This document shows, one piece after another, positions 28,699 to 40,569 of a stretch of DNA of 64,000 nt (its first letter is position 1; every line of letters begins with the position of its first letter). A program made the translations under genes and the position numbers. Under the pieces are notes generated by a model that saw only the letters and a list, made by a program, of their open reading frames with translations, made no database searches and was not told where the DNA came from. Source of the DNA: Eledone cirrhosa (lineage: Eukaryota); contig OZ024741.1 in the NCBI GenBank assembly GCA_964016885.1, forward strand, positions 240,312,001 to 240,376,000. The letters run 5' to 3'.

Positions 28699-28889
28699 AC
28701 GAAGGAAATGTGGTAAGGAACCAGGTGGACCATAACGCACCAAAGTACTCAATACTTAGGGTAGTAGAGTGGGTAATAGGAACCAGTAAGACCCCGACGG
28801 CTGAGCTCAAGCCGTTTCGGCGGCTAATTTTAAGAGAATTAGCCGTCGAAACGGCTTGAGCTCAGCCGTCGGGGTCCTACTGGTTCCTA
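28699..28889 (-). mobile_element. fold-back Penelope-like terminal remnant with partial hammerhead (family B)
   Basis: Palindrome 28777-28889; each arm has GAAAcggcttgagctcagccGTC; longer minus arm nearly identical to 58357-58477; TA-rich flanks. Confidence 0.75.
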
Positions 28890-28907
28890 AATATATATAT
28901 ATATATA

Positions 28908-29191
28908 TGTAGTAGAGATATTTAATTTGTTGGAAATCCAACAAATATAGATGTTTACAACTGATTCAAAGTACTCCACAGATTTCTGGAGTAAGTATTC
29001 AATGATATTAAATGACTTTCCAGGGATAACTTGAACCGTTAAGGTATATCATCCTTGGTCATGTCAAATATTTATAAAAAATTTAGTATTTTATCTGATG
29101 ATAGCGTACCAAAATTTTTGATACCCTTGAAATATATATAATAGAATAAATATGGTTTTATAAATATAGTTTCCATTTATTTAATATCATT
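28908..29191 (+). mobile_element. ORF-less hammerhead-bearing element of about 280 bp (family A)
   Basis: Flanked by (TA)n; homologous along its length to 57000-57270. Confidence 0.75.
29087..29148 (+). ncRNA. type I hammerhead ribozyme (minimal, palindromic stem III)
   Basis: tattttat-CTGATGA-tagcgtaccaaaatttttgataccctt-GAAA-tatata-TA^-atagaata; 8-bp stem I including G-U; predicted cleavage after 29140. Confidence 0.8.
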
Positions 29192-29235
29192 GTATATCTC
29201 TCTCTCTATATATATATCTCTCTCTCTCTCTTTAT

Positions 29236-29324
<89 letters not shown>

Positions 29325-29393
29325 AAAGAGATATATATATATATATATATAATGATATTAAATAAATGGAAACTATATTTATAAAACCATATT

Positions 29394-29455
29394 TATTCTA
29401 TTATATATATTTCAAGGATACCAAAAATTTTGGTACGCTATCATCAGATAAAATA
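29394..29455 (-). ncRNA. type I hammerhead ribozyme (mirror copy)
   Basis: Reverse complement of 29087-29148 with a better-paired stem II (gtacca/tggtat). Confidence 0.8.
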
Positions 29456-29553
29456 CTAAATTTTATATATATATAAATACATACACTTGAATGTAGAGGA
29501 AAGGGAAGACCATGACAGACATGGCTGGAGATGATGGAGTAGGAAATGAAAAC

Positions 29554-29796
29554 CAGGGGTTAGCGAGGAGATTGAATGCAGCCGATAGGGCAAAATGAAG
29601 AAGCTTGATATGGTGGATTGCAAGGCTAACCCCTTTACCAGGGAAAATAGCCTTAAAAAACTTGTAGATAAGTCAGGGGTTAGCGAGGAGATTGAATGCA
29701 GCCGATAGGGCAAAATGAAGAAGCTTGTTATGGGGGATTGCAAGGCTAACCCCTTTACCAGGGAAAATAGCCTTAAAAAACTTGTAGATAAGTCAG
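29554..29796 (+). repeat. 120-bp direct tandem duplication
   Basis: caggggttagcgagg...cttgtagataagt at 29554 and 29674. Confidence 0.9.
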
Positions 29797-30472
29797 GTTT
29801 TAACTTGTATATACTTGTAGATAAGTCAGGTTTTATTTGCTAATAAAATCACATGCAGCTTATTTATCAAGTCTTGCTCTAGGCTTGGAATCCTAAATAA
29901 TGAAGCTATGATATTATTAATACAAAATAGGTGTATCTTATCGACCACTGCAACTTATGCACAAGTATATACATTATAAATATATATGTGTGTGTGTATG
30001 TATGTCTGTATGCATAAATATGTGTATATATGTATGTGTGTGTATACGTGTATGCATATGTGTGTGTGTATATATTTATGTATATGTGTGTACATATATA
30101 TATGTATGTACATATGTATATGTGTATATATGTTTGTGTGTGTGTATATGTGTGTCTGTATATATATATATATGTGTGTGTGTATGTATATATGTTTATG
30201 TGTATATGTGTATGTGTGTGTGTTTATATACAAAAATAATAAAAAAAAAAAAGCAGTCGATGTTTCAGTTTAAGTTGCTGTTGTTAAATTGGTATTTTAT
30301 TCCTGCAAACAATAGGTGTTCAGAACATCATGTGTACATATTCCATATTTCAACATGTATATTGATATACTCTCCAGCACTGCATTATATACATCATCAT
30401 CATCATACATATCTAGCTATCCATATCTCTCTCTCTTTTTCTCTCTGTATATATATATATATATATATGTAT

Positions 30473-30619
<147 letters not shown>

Positions 30620-30859
30620 CGTATATATATAATGTAACCAATCATATGTTTAAAAGATGGTGGTGGATTTTGAAAATTAAATTGAATGAGTATCTTTCAC
30701 CATATTTTTTATTACAGAAAGTAGTCTAATAACAGAAAATAGAAAAACATCCGATGTCCATTTTTTTTTCTCTTTTGGGGCTTGAGGACACTCTTATTAG
30801 ATTATTTTCTGTAGTAAAAAAAATACAGCAAAAGCTATTAATTCAATTTAATTTATACA

Positions 30860-31200
30860 TATATATATGCATAGAACAATAAAAAAACAGAATACAGGCA
30901 TAGGTAGATAGTTAGCTCATTGTTTTACAATCGTTGCAGAGGGTTGATTGGTCAGTGGAGATCAATGTATTGACTAGCATGGTAGTAGTTAAGTTACTAC
31001 CTATTTCCAGGCTTGTAATCCCTGTTCAATTGGCTGTCTTCTTCAGAAAGTTTCTGAAATAGGTAGTAACTTAATCACTACCATGCTAGTTGATACATCG
31101 ATCTCCCCCAATCAATTGACCCTCGGAAACGGTCGTAAAACAATGAACTAACTCTCTACATATGCCTGTATTCTGTTTTTTATTGTTCTTTTATATATGC
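30860..31200. repeat. diverged inverted repeat (arms about 150 bp, spacer about 45 bp)
   Basis: agaacaataaaaaaacagaatacaggcat...actacctatttc versus gaaataggtagt...atgcctgtattctgttttttattgttct. Confidence 0.85.
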
Positions 31201-31734
31201 AAATGACTCTGTAAACTGGTCAGAATTTCTTCGAGGATACCTTAAGCGATGATCACCTACCACAAAAACCAATGGTCACACTGCCAAATCTCACTGCATT
31301 CATTCTTCGAAGGACACATTGAGTTCTAACGTTATCAGCCCCACCACAACCAGGTGGATTACGATATATATATATATATATATAGCATGGGAAAATGAAC
31401 ATTAAACAGTGATGATGATATCTTATGTAGAGATTTCATTATTGTGGTTGAATACAGTTTCATGATGATGATGGAAGGTGTTCAATACAAAATAAATCAC
31501 ATCTCTGCAATAAATAAATGAATAAATAAACCATGGTCAGTTTACATAACATTTTCTTGTTTTATTTTACAATAAAGAAACAATTTAAAATACAGTACAC
31601 CATCAGTTTAACAAACTCAAATTTAACAGATCAGACATAACTTCCTCTTTTCAAGGCCACCGCCATTGTTGGATACTTACTCTCACATTGTACGATATCA
31701 CTCACAACTCCTATTAATGCTTTCCCAGTGCTGG

Positions 31735-32115
31735 TGCCACAATTAATATGCATCCAGCCAACTCTATAAAGTGGTAGTGCTGGTTCCATGACAAAAATCC
31801 CCTAGCTCACTCTGTAAAGTGGTAATGCTTATGCCATGATAAAAATGCACCCAGCCCACTCTGTAAAGAGGTAGTGCTGGTGCCATGATAAAAATGCACC
31901 CAGCCCACATTCTAAGGTGGCAGTGCTGTAACCACAGTAAAACACACCTGGTGCAGGCAGTAATGTGGTAGGTGTTATGAAGGGCATCCAGCTGTAGAAA
32001 CCAAGTCAAAAACAGCAAGATGTGGTCACATGACAAGTCTAACCTTAGTATGTGACAAGCCATCTAACCCATACAAGCCTGGAAAATAGATATTAAACAG
32101 TGATAATGATAATGA
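31735..32115 (+). mobile_element. SINE/RTE-type tail with sub-repeats of about 48 bp
   Basis: Repeated ggtgccatgataaaaatgcacccagcccactctgtaaagtgg, then gaagggcatccagctgtagaaa and an (ATG/ATA)n tail. Confidence 0.7.
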
Positions 32116-32129
32116 ATAGATTAAATAAT

Positions 32130-32490
32130 TGTTTCTAATTTAAGTAGTAGGGTAGAAGGGACTGTTGAAACTATGGACATCAGTACTTGACTTGTGCTTA
32201 TTTTATCAATTTGGGAAGGATGAAATGGATCTTGGCAGAATTTGTACTTCAAGATATTTGTTCAATATTCCAATGACTATGTCAATCCTCAGCCAAGGAA
32301 CAAATAATAATGATTTCTAATTTTGGCACAAAGCCAATAATTTGCTGGAAGGGAAAGTTGATTAAATCATCTCCAGTACTTGACTGGTTCTTAATTTTAT
32401 CAACCTCCAAACGATGAAAGGCAGAGTTGACCTTGGCAGGGTTTGAAACCAGAATGTAGAGGACTGTAACGAAATACTGCAATGCATTGC
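32130..32490 (-). mobile_element. MetaSINE-like copies
   Basis: ggcacaaagcca...gatgaaaggcagagttgaccttggcagggtttgaaacc. Confidence 0.7.
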
Positions 32491-33339
32491 CTCACAATTA
32501 TACACATTCCTTATTATTAAATGATTTTATATTGTGCACTAATGTACATTTTATCAACCCTTTTGATACCAACCTGCCTGAAAGTGATCCTGGTTCGATG
32601 ATGAAAAACCATTTGTTTTAAAGGGTTCATGTTTAAATTTAAACTGCCGAATATAATTTTATGTAAGAACATTTTCTTAAGTTATGTTCTAAACACCAAC
32701 TTAATGAGAAAGTTAATTATTCTATTAAGTACCTGAAATTTTTATTTTTAAAATTGACATGGAGGATATTTTTTATAATCTATTAGAAATATTGTAATAG
32801 AAGAGTTTTTTTTTTTCTAATTAAAAACAATAAAAATTACCCATAGGTTACTTTTGGTTTAACAGACTTTCAGCAGCGATATACACTTTTGCCTTTATTA
32901 ATACATTTTATTGAAGGTTTACTGTAATGTATTATTCAATATTCTATTCTATTATTTTTCCTTTTTTACTCACCATGATTCAAAGTTTTTCCTTTGTTTT
33001 AGTGGTATAAAGTAGTAAATAGATACAGATTTTTCTGAATAAGATGTCATTTTATTAGAAGGTCACACTATCATAAGTCATATTTCTAGAAGGGTGGTTG
33101 GTATCTATACCTATATCTAAATGAACTGGTCATGTAGAATGAAGGATATTGCTTTGACTCACAACAACATTTCAATAAAGATTCAAAACCTTATCTACTC
33201 AGCAATTTTATGAATCCAAAAATTTTCTATATATACTTAGGTAAAAGAATATTTTTCTATAGCAAATTTTCTTTTATAAATGATAAAGTGAAATACTGGT
33301 TAATAGCATACAGAAGATCTTGGTACCGCCTCTTATAAA

Positions 33340-33800
33340 TAGGGCTGGACAAAGCTGATTATGGGTCCAGGCCAGATGTCCAATGTGAGCTTGGAATAGG
33401 CCAGATATAACGTGTAAGCTAAGCTGGTAATAGGCTAGATGTAAAATGCAAGCTAGTAATAGGCTTCAGGGAGATGCAAAATATAGATGCCTCTCTCTTC
33501 CCACCAAACCTGTTAACAAGCCCAAATCAAGTGTAAGAGGTAGGCTGCCAAAGCTAATAATAGGTTTAGGCCAGATGTAAGGTGTCAGGCTCCCAAAGCT
33601 AGTAATTGGCCTATGTACAGTGTGAAATGTAGGCCCCCAGATCTGGTAACAGGCCCAGGCCAGGTGTTAAATAATGGTTTCATTTCGAAGTGTTCATTAA
33701 GTATTTTAGTAATAAGTGTAAATACACATGATGTATATGGTTTACAGATATATGTATTTAAATGTAGTATACATGGTGTACTTAAAAGTACCAGAACAGA
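33340..33800 (+). repeat. repeat carrying the 38-bp minisatellite
   Basis: Same family as 21700-21980; inverted relative to 35440-35770. Confidence 0.7.
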
Positions 33801-35175
33801 GTAATTATTCCATACCAGCTGACCAATGTGGCTCCCTTCCTTCTGTTTTGGCTTACTTATAAACAACACCAAAGCAAAATCTTAATTTTATCATTCAGTC
33901 AAGAAATTATTGCTTGCTATTTCTTTAACTTTTAACATCTTATACCACATGAAACTGCATCAGCAAAACATTCTTGCAAAGTACAAAATAGTGCTATGAC
34001 TGTATCACATTAGTTTTCCTGAAGCTATATTCACTGATAAAGGTACTAAAAATATTTGAATTATTTGAATTAATATACACATTTTTAGATATTTCTGCTA
34101 AATCATTGCAAGAGGTTAAGTTAAGATAATTTTGTTATCCACCCAACTCTTGTCTCAGTGCCTCTAATGTGCATGTATGTATGGACCTGTAACTCCTGAT
34201 GAAGTCATAGAAGAGCTGTTGTGATAACATGTACTTTAAACCTAGCAGAGCACATCCCCTTTCCATGTCTGAACACAGCAGATTTCTATAAGAGATATAG
34301 AAGAATCATCGATCACAGTACCAGACTGGCAATTTTTTCTTTTTATCAACCTCTAAAGTTCACCTCATTAGGATTTGAGCTCAGAGAGACAAAAAAAAAT
34401 GTCACATAGCATTCTATCTGATGTTCTCACAACTCTGCCACTTCACTGACTTGTATCTAATGTGGCCTGCTTCTATTTTTCACTTCTCTGTTGTCTCAGT
34501 ACATTTGAGGCTGGCTTCTGTTTTTCATCTCTCTCTTGTCTCAGTACATCTGTAGCTGGCTTCTATTTTTCTCCTCTCTCTTGTCTCATTACATCTGTAG
34601 TTGGCTTCCTTCAGCCATTGCCTTTTACAGTTAATATTGGTTTTATGCAATCAATTCTACAATGTCTCTTTTATATGCAACTCTCCAACCCCACCATGTT
34701 AAAGATCATTTACATTTTAGTCAGATGATACTTTGAAGATGATTTTTACACTTAAAGATTTCTTTGATGGTTTCAATCATTTTAAATTACCAAATCAATA
34801 AATTAATAAAATCTTGAGAAATAATTCTTCCAACAGCTTCATTGATAATAATAATATTCTGACAGCAATATCGACTTTTACTGGTGTCTTTGAGGACACA
34901 TTGTGCTACACTCATGAGTATATATGTAGAAATTGTAAGTGTACATAATATTTTATAAATTACATATCTCAAAAAGTAAACTCTTTGTTTAATGGACCCC
35001 AGTTTAAGGGATATAGGATTTAACAGATCACAAAATAATATCACAATATTTTACTGCTACAGTCATGGTAAAATATTCTTCAACTCCATTGTTGAAAGTG
35101 AAGAAAAAAATTACATATTTGATAAATTTTATATTGTGCATTTTTGTATATTGTAGTAAAGATTTTTGTTTTTGT

Positions 35176-35290
35176 AAGGATGAAAGGCAAAGTCAACCTC
35201 GGCGGGATTTGAACTCAGATCGTAAAGGGACGTAACTATGCTGGAAAGCATGGCGTCCGACTTTCTACCGATACTGCCAATCCACCACTC
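35176..35290 (-). mobile_element. MetaSINE-like 5' part
   Basis: Near-identical to 37005-37118. Confidence 0.8.
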
Positions 35291-35439
35291 ATCACTCATA
35301 TTTCATAATGGGTAACAGACAGGTCCAAGGCATAGGCTTAGAATTTTAAGGGGTCTACTCTTTTCAAGTTCTTATTCTATTAATCAGTTCTTTTACTCAT
35401 GTGTATATCATCTGTATTATATACACATGTATATATACA

Positions 35440-35770
35440 TGCGTCTTATATATAGATCCTATGTATTCAACACTGATTACTGAAATATTTAATGAGCAGT
35501 CTTTCACATCTGGCCTGGGCCTATTACCAGCTTTAGCAGCCTACATTTCACATCATGCCTGGGCCTATTACCAGCTTTGGCAGCTTATGTTTCACATCAA
35601 GCCTGGGCCTATTACCAACTTCGACAGCCTACATTTCACATCTAGTCTGTGCCTATTATCAGCTTTGGCACCCTATATTTCACATCTGGCCTAGGCTTAT
35701 TTCTAACTTTGGCAGCCTACATTTTACATCTGGCCTTTGCATATTATCAGCTTTGCATGGGCCAAGTAGC
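35440..35770 (-). repeat. repeat carrying the 38-bp minisatellite
   Basis: tttcacatctggcctgggcctattaccagctttggcagcc, about 7 times; followed by (GA)n at 35782-35910. Confidence 0.8.
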
Positions 35771-35777
35771 AGGAATC

Positions 35778-35833
<56 letters not shown>

Positions 35834-35840
35834 AGAGAGA

Positions 35841-35912
<72 letters not shown>

Positions 35913-36934
35913 TGATTATTCTTAATTGTTAATGAAAGAAATGTCTAGTTTATTGTGTATCATGGCTGAAATTAAACTTAGAAAAATATAAAAATAGTTC
36001 AAAGCAGTAACAACAACCAAAATGACTTGCATTAACTTTGAAGGTATAAATCCAAATTTTTGTCAACGTTCTTAAATATGTTTTGAATAACATATTTTCA
36101 TATTCTAAACCAGTTGGTGTTCTTGCTGCTTCAATTCCTATATAAACATTTTCCACCAGGGTCCAATTTCATATCAACAGATAGTTTACAGAAGAGTGTT
36201 ATAGTAGAAAGTGTAAAACAGATATTGTGGGGTTAAGGAGGGTGCAATACTGGGAGATACTGAGTATTTGAACGTTGTCTGCAATTAATGGTGTAGTTTG
36301 TTGTAATATAAATCTACATAAATAAAATTGTTGCTATTAAGTCTTTTAAAGCAATGTTTCTTAAAGTGGCCTCTAAAGAAACATAGGTTTTGGCAAAACA
36401 ATTCTGGGGTTCCACGGGTATCTTTTAAAGGAATTTAATGAAAATGTGTTTTCTTCATATGAATGAATTCTCACTCTAAAAATATTTTTGTTTCATCCAA
36501 TGTTTTAAAATTAGGACAGTGTTGTTCGATGATTTTTAGGAAACTGTACAAGGGTTTTGCAATAAAATAATGTTTGAAATTACTGGTTTAGAGCCGATGA
36601 GGGAGCCTTTACATGATCGTTTGACAGGCTAGAAATAGTAGACCAACATCCCTTAAAATCACACCTACTCTTCTTAAAAAAAAACCCAACAAAAAGCACA
36701 TTCTATAATGTGACCCTACATACATACCATATCTAAAAAACAAACAAAATAGATATGGTCATGGTTGGAATAACTTTTAATTTGGTTGGTCTTCTTGATC
36801 AGGCTGATCTGGGTGTGAACAACAAAATCAAAAACCTTTTACTAAAAGGATTACGCAGTCATAAACTAACTTCTTTCAGAAAAAAAGGGGGAAGCGAGGG
36901 TGCAGCTGATTGTTTGAATATACAGAATATTAGA

Positions 36935-37118
36935 TAATTGTTTCTACTTTAGGCACAAGGCCAGCAATTATCCAGTGCATTACTGGTACTTTATTTTATC
37001 GACCCCGTAAGGATGAAAGGCAAAGTCAACCTCGGCGGGATTTGAACTCAGATCATAAAGGGACGTAACTATGCTGGAAAGCATGGCGTCCGACCCTCTA
37101 CCGATACTGCCAATCCAA
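36935..37118 (-). mobile_element. young MetaSINE-like SINE
   Basis: Nearly identical to 59095-59285. Confidence 0.85.
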
Positions 37119-37555
37119 TATTAGATAATACATTTTATGTAGCAATGGATATTGCCAGTCTTTCAATAAGTACAATTTGGCAAATTTTTGAAAGAGATTT
37201 ATTTTGGTTTTGCAAAGGAAAAATTCTTGTTGAAACATGAACTACAAGAGTAACTGAACTGTTATATTTAACAAACGTATGACTTAACCACTTGGCCATC
37301 ACATCACTTCATGTCTTTGTCTAGATATTAGTTGTGATGAATTATATTACAAACATATGTGTCAGAACATCAGAATTTGTTGGCTGCTAACATTGAATAA
37401 ATTGGCAACAACACCAATGAAATGAGTGATTGTTTAGTCCATGATAATTAATTCAATAATCGAAAATAATTTATGGTCACAGCAGTTAATTCATAAATAT
37501 ATACCTTCTTGTTTTATAGACAGAATGGTGCAAGGGAGTGAAATATAATACACAC

Positions 37556-37626
<71 letters not shown>

Positions 37627-37629
37627 TAT

Positions 37630-37835
37630 ATAGTGGTAGAACACTGGAAGGAAATATCCGTAGTGGTAGAGCACTCAGTCCATGGGACGAGTTAGGTAGA
37701 AGTGGTTACACAACAGTTAGTTCTCCATACCGAGAACAATTGTTTTACCTTAGCAGATCCTCAGCTCGTAATGGCTGAAGATCCACTAAGGTGAAACAAT
37801 TGTTCTCGGTATGGTGAACTAACCGTTGTGCAACC

Positions 37836-37841
<6 letters not shown>
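37630..37841. mobile_element. fold-back element with hammerhead core (family C)
   Basis: Palindrome 37698-37841, 8-nt spacer; + arm CTGAAGA-tccactaaggt-GAAA-caattg-TT; flanked by (TA)n and (TC)n(TA)n. Confidence 0.75.
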
Positions 37842-37902
<61 letters not shown>

Positions 37903-37919
37903 GTATAGTAAACCCCTCT

Positions 37920-39565
37920 ACTTAGCTTTTGAAGACCTGTAGAAAGCCTTTGACAGAGTCCGCCGCCCCATTATCTGGTGGGCTCTTAGAAGACTAAGCG
38001 TTGATGAATGGCTTGTGAGAGCTATACAAGCCATGTATAAAGAAACAGTCAGTAAGCTTAGAATTAACAATGAATATAGTGAAGAATTTAGTGTAAAAGT
38101 TGGTGTTCATCAAGGCTCTTTCCTTAGTCTCCTCCTATTTATTATTGCTCTTCAGGATATAACAGAGGAGTTTAAGACAGGCTGCCCACGGGAACTCCTA
38201 TAGGCAGATGATCTAACTCTCATAGCTGAACCTATGGCTGAACTAGAGAAGAAATTCCAAACATGGAAGCATGGCCTAGAATCAAAAGGCCTTAAAATTA
38301 ACTTATCTAAGACTAAAGTTCTAGTTTGTAGAAAGGAAAATATGGCACAGGTGCCCCCTGGGAAATGGCCATGCTCAGTGTGGAGGAAAGGAGTAGGTAG
38401 AAATTCCATTTTATGTCCCAAATGCAAACTATGGGTACATAAAAGATGTAGTGGGATCACAGGTAAACTATCTAAGAACGTAGATTTTATATGTGGCCGA
38501 TGCTCAGGTGCAATAAGTAGCAAGTGCCCACAGGATACTAGCTCCTTCTATTGCCCAGATGGTTCTATAGAAATAATGGACACTTTCCGTTACCTGGGTG
38601 ACAAAATCAGCAGTGGTGGAGGGTGTTCTGAAAGTACAGTAGCCGGAGTCAGAACGGGATGGAAAAAGTTCAGAGAGCTTATACCGCTGTTGGCCACAAA
38701 AGGTTTCTCTCTAAAAATGAAAGGCAGATTGTATGATGCCTGTATACGAACACCAATGCTACATGGCAGTGAGACATGGGCATTGTGTGCAGAGGACCTG
38801 CGTTGACTAGAAAGGAATGAAGTATGCATGCTCCGTTGGATGTATAATAGTAATATACACGAACGGCAAAGCATAAATGAACTAAGTGAGAAATTAGGAA
38901 TAAGAGGGATCAGATGCTGTTTACTTGAGAGAAGACTACGTTGGTATGGTCATGTGATGTGCATGAAAGATGACAGCTGTATAAAAAAGTGCAGGGTGAT
39001 CAAAATTGATGGAAGTTACGGAGTAGGTAGACCCAGAAAAACCTGGGATGATTTGATAAATTCCGACCTTACACACTTGCACCTCTCTAAGACAATGTCA
39101 CTGGACCGAGATCTTTGGTGCTACGCAGTAATACAGAAGACCCGCCTTGCCTATGTACAAAGCGAAACCTACAGTCAGTAGGCACCTCTTAACCAAATAT
39201 ACACCCCAATCCACTACCCCTACTCCATCCTCCCACTCCCACCAACACCCCCTCTTCCTGTAAAGTTGGTACCACAACATCCAGTCTAAATAAATGAGAT
39301 AATGAGATTGGAATCGTGTAGGTGTCACGAGAAAAAAACACACAGTCTACGCTGTAATGTGGCCGTGTAGGTAACACGGTAAAAAGTTCCCAGTCCACAC
39401 TGTAAATGTGGTTGGTGTTAGGAAGGGCATCCAGGTGTAGAAAACCTGTCAGATAATCCTATATGAGCGAGACACGGTCACCCGACCAGCCTTGCCTCAA
39501 ATTGGGACAACTCCTGTCTAACCCATGCTAGCATGGAAGATGGACGTTAAACGATGATGATGATG

Positions 39566-39567
<2 letters not shown>
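37920..39567 (+). mobile_element. 5'-truncated RTE LINE (RT with PHD finger), inactivated by stops
   Basis: AFEDL.KAFDRV, VGVHQGS.LS.LLF, LL*ADDL (YADD motif mutated to TAG), C4HC3 finger, YLG, RRLRWYGHV, GRPRKTW; (ATG)n tail; embedded in (TA)n. Confidence 0.93.
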
Positions 39568-39646
<79 letters not shown>

Positions 39647-40469
39647 TATGTATGTTTGTGTCCAAGTGCTCAATGAGGGGCCAGTTAGGAAGAGCCGCAT
39701 CCACTGTACAGTGGTGGCCATAACCGAATCCCAGAACTAATGGTTGCACATGTTCCATACACATAAGTGTATGGAACTTTATTCATACTATATATATATG
39801 CATGCATACATGTATGTATATTATGTATCTTGCTAGCAGGGAAAGCATATATTAAATGATGATGATGATATATACGTGTGTGTGTACGTGTGTATATATA
39901 TACTTTTGATTGAGCCCATGGGATGATGTCATGCTTGGGCACTGTCATTGTATAACCATCCTTCATTGATTAGCTATTGATGAATGAGAGAATTCAATGC
40001 CACTGTCCCCTTTTATATTTCTTGCCAAGCTGTAGGATCATCCGAATAAGATGCTTCATGAATACATCCATATCCACCCCATTTTGTACAACATATTAAA
40101 GAGCAGTATCTGGTCTTTACTCTAAATTTGGGGGATAGGATCTTTGGTACCACACAGTGGCATCTTGTTTAGGGGTCAGTGTAGCATTCACTGCCAAATT
40201 TTGGTGCTAGCTCTTCCAGTATCTTTAATTTCCACTCTATCTCAATATCCTCAGTTTGCTCAGGGTGTTCCCTGAATTTGGATACAATAGTATCTGCACA
40301 CCTGGTCCTGACTTCCGTATCCATCAATGCTTCCCACTTTATATACTGTAGGTCGTCCTGGACCTGCCAGTTTTGTGGGCTTCTTTGGCTTTATGTAGTC
40401 TAGATAACTAGATGGTGATCAGTTAACAGCTCAGCCCCTCTCTTAACACAAACATCCTGTCACTAGTTG

Positions 40470-40509
<40 letters not shown>

Positions 40510-40524
40510 CATATATATATATAT

Positions 40525-40569
<45 letters not shown>

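Noticed and set aside
34190-34240. CTGATGA motif
   Set aside because: No downstream GAAA or stems; isolated CTGANGA hits (4334, 15968, 41776) were dismissed likewise.
39750-39780. Perfect 11-bp hairpin gttccatacac-ataa-gtgtatggaac between TA tracts as another ribozyme remnant
   Set aside because: No catalytic core on either strand and only one copy in the window.
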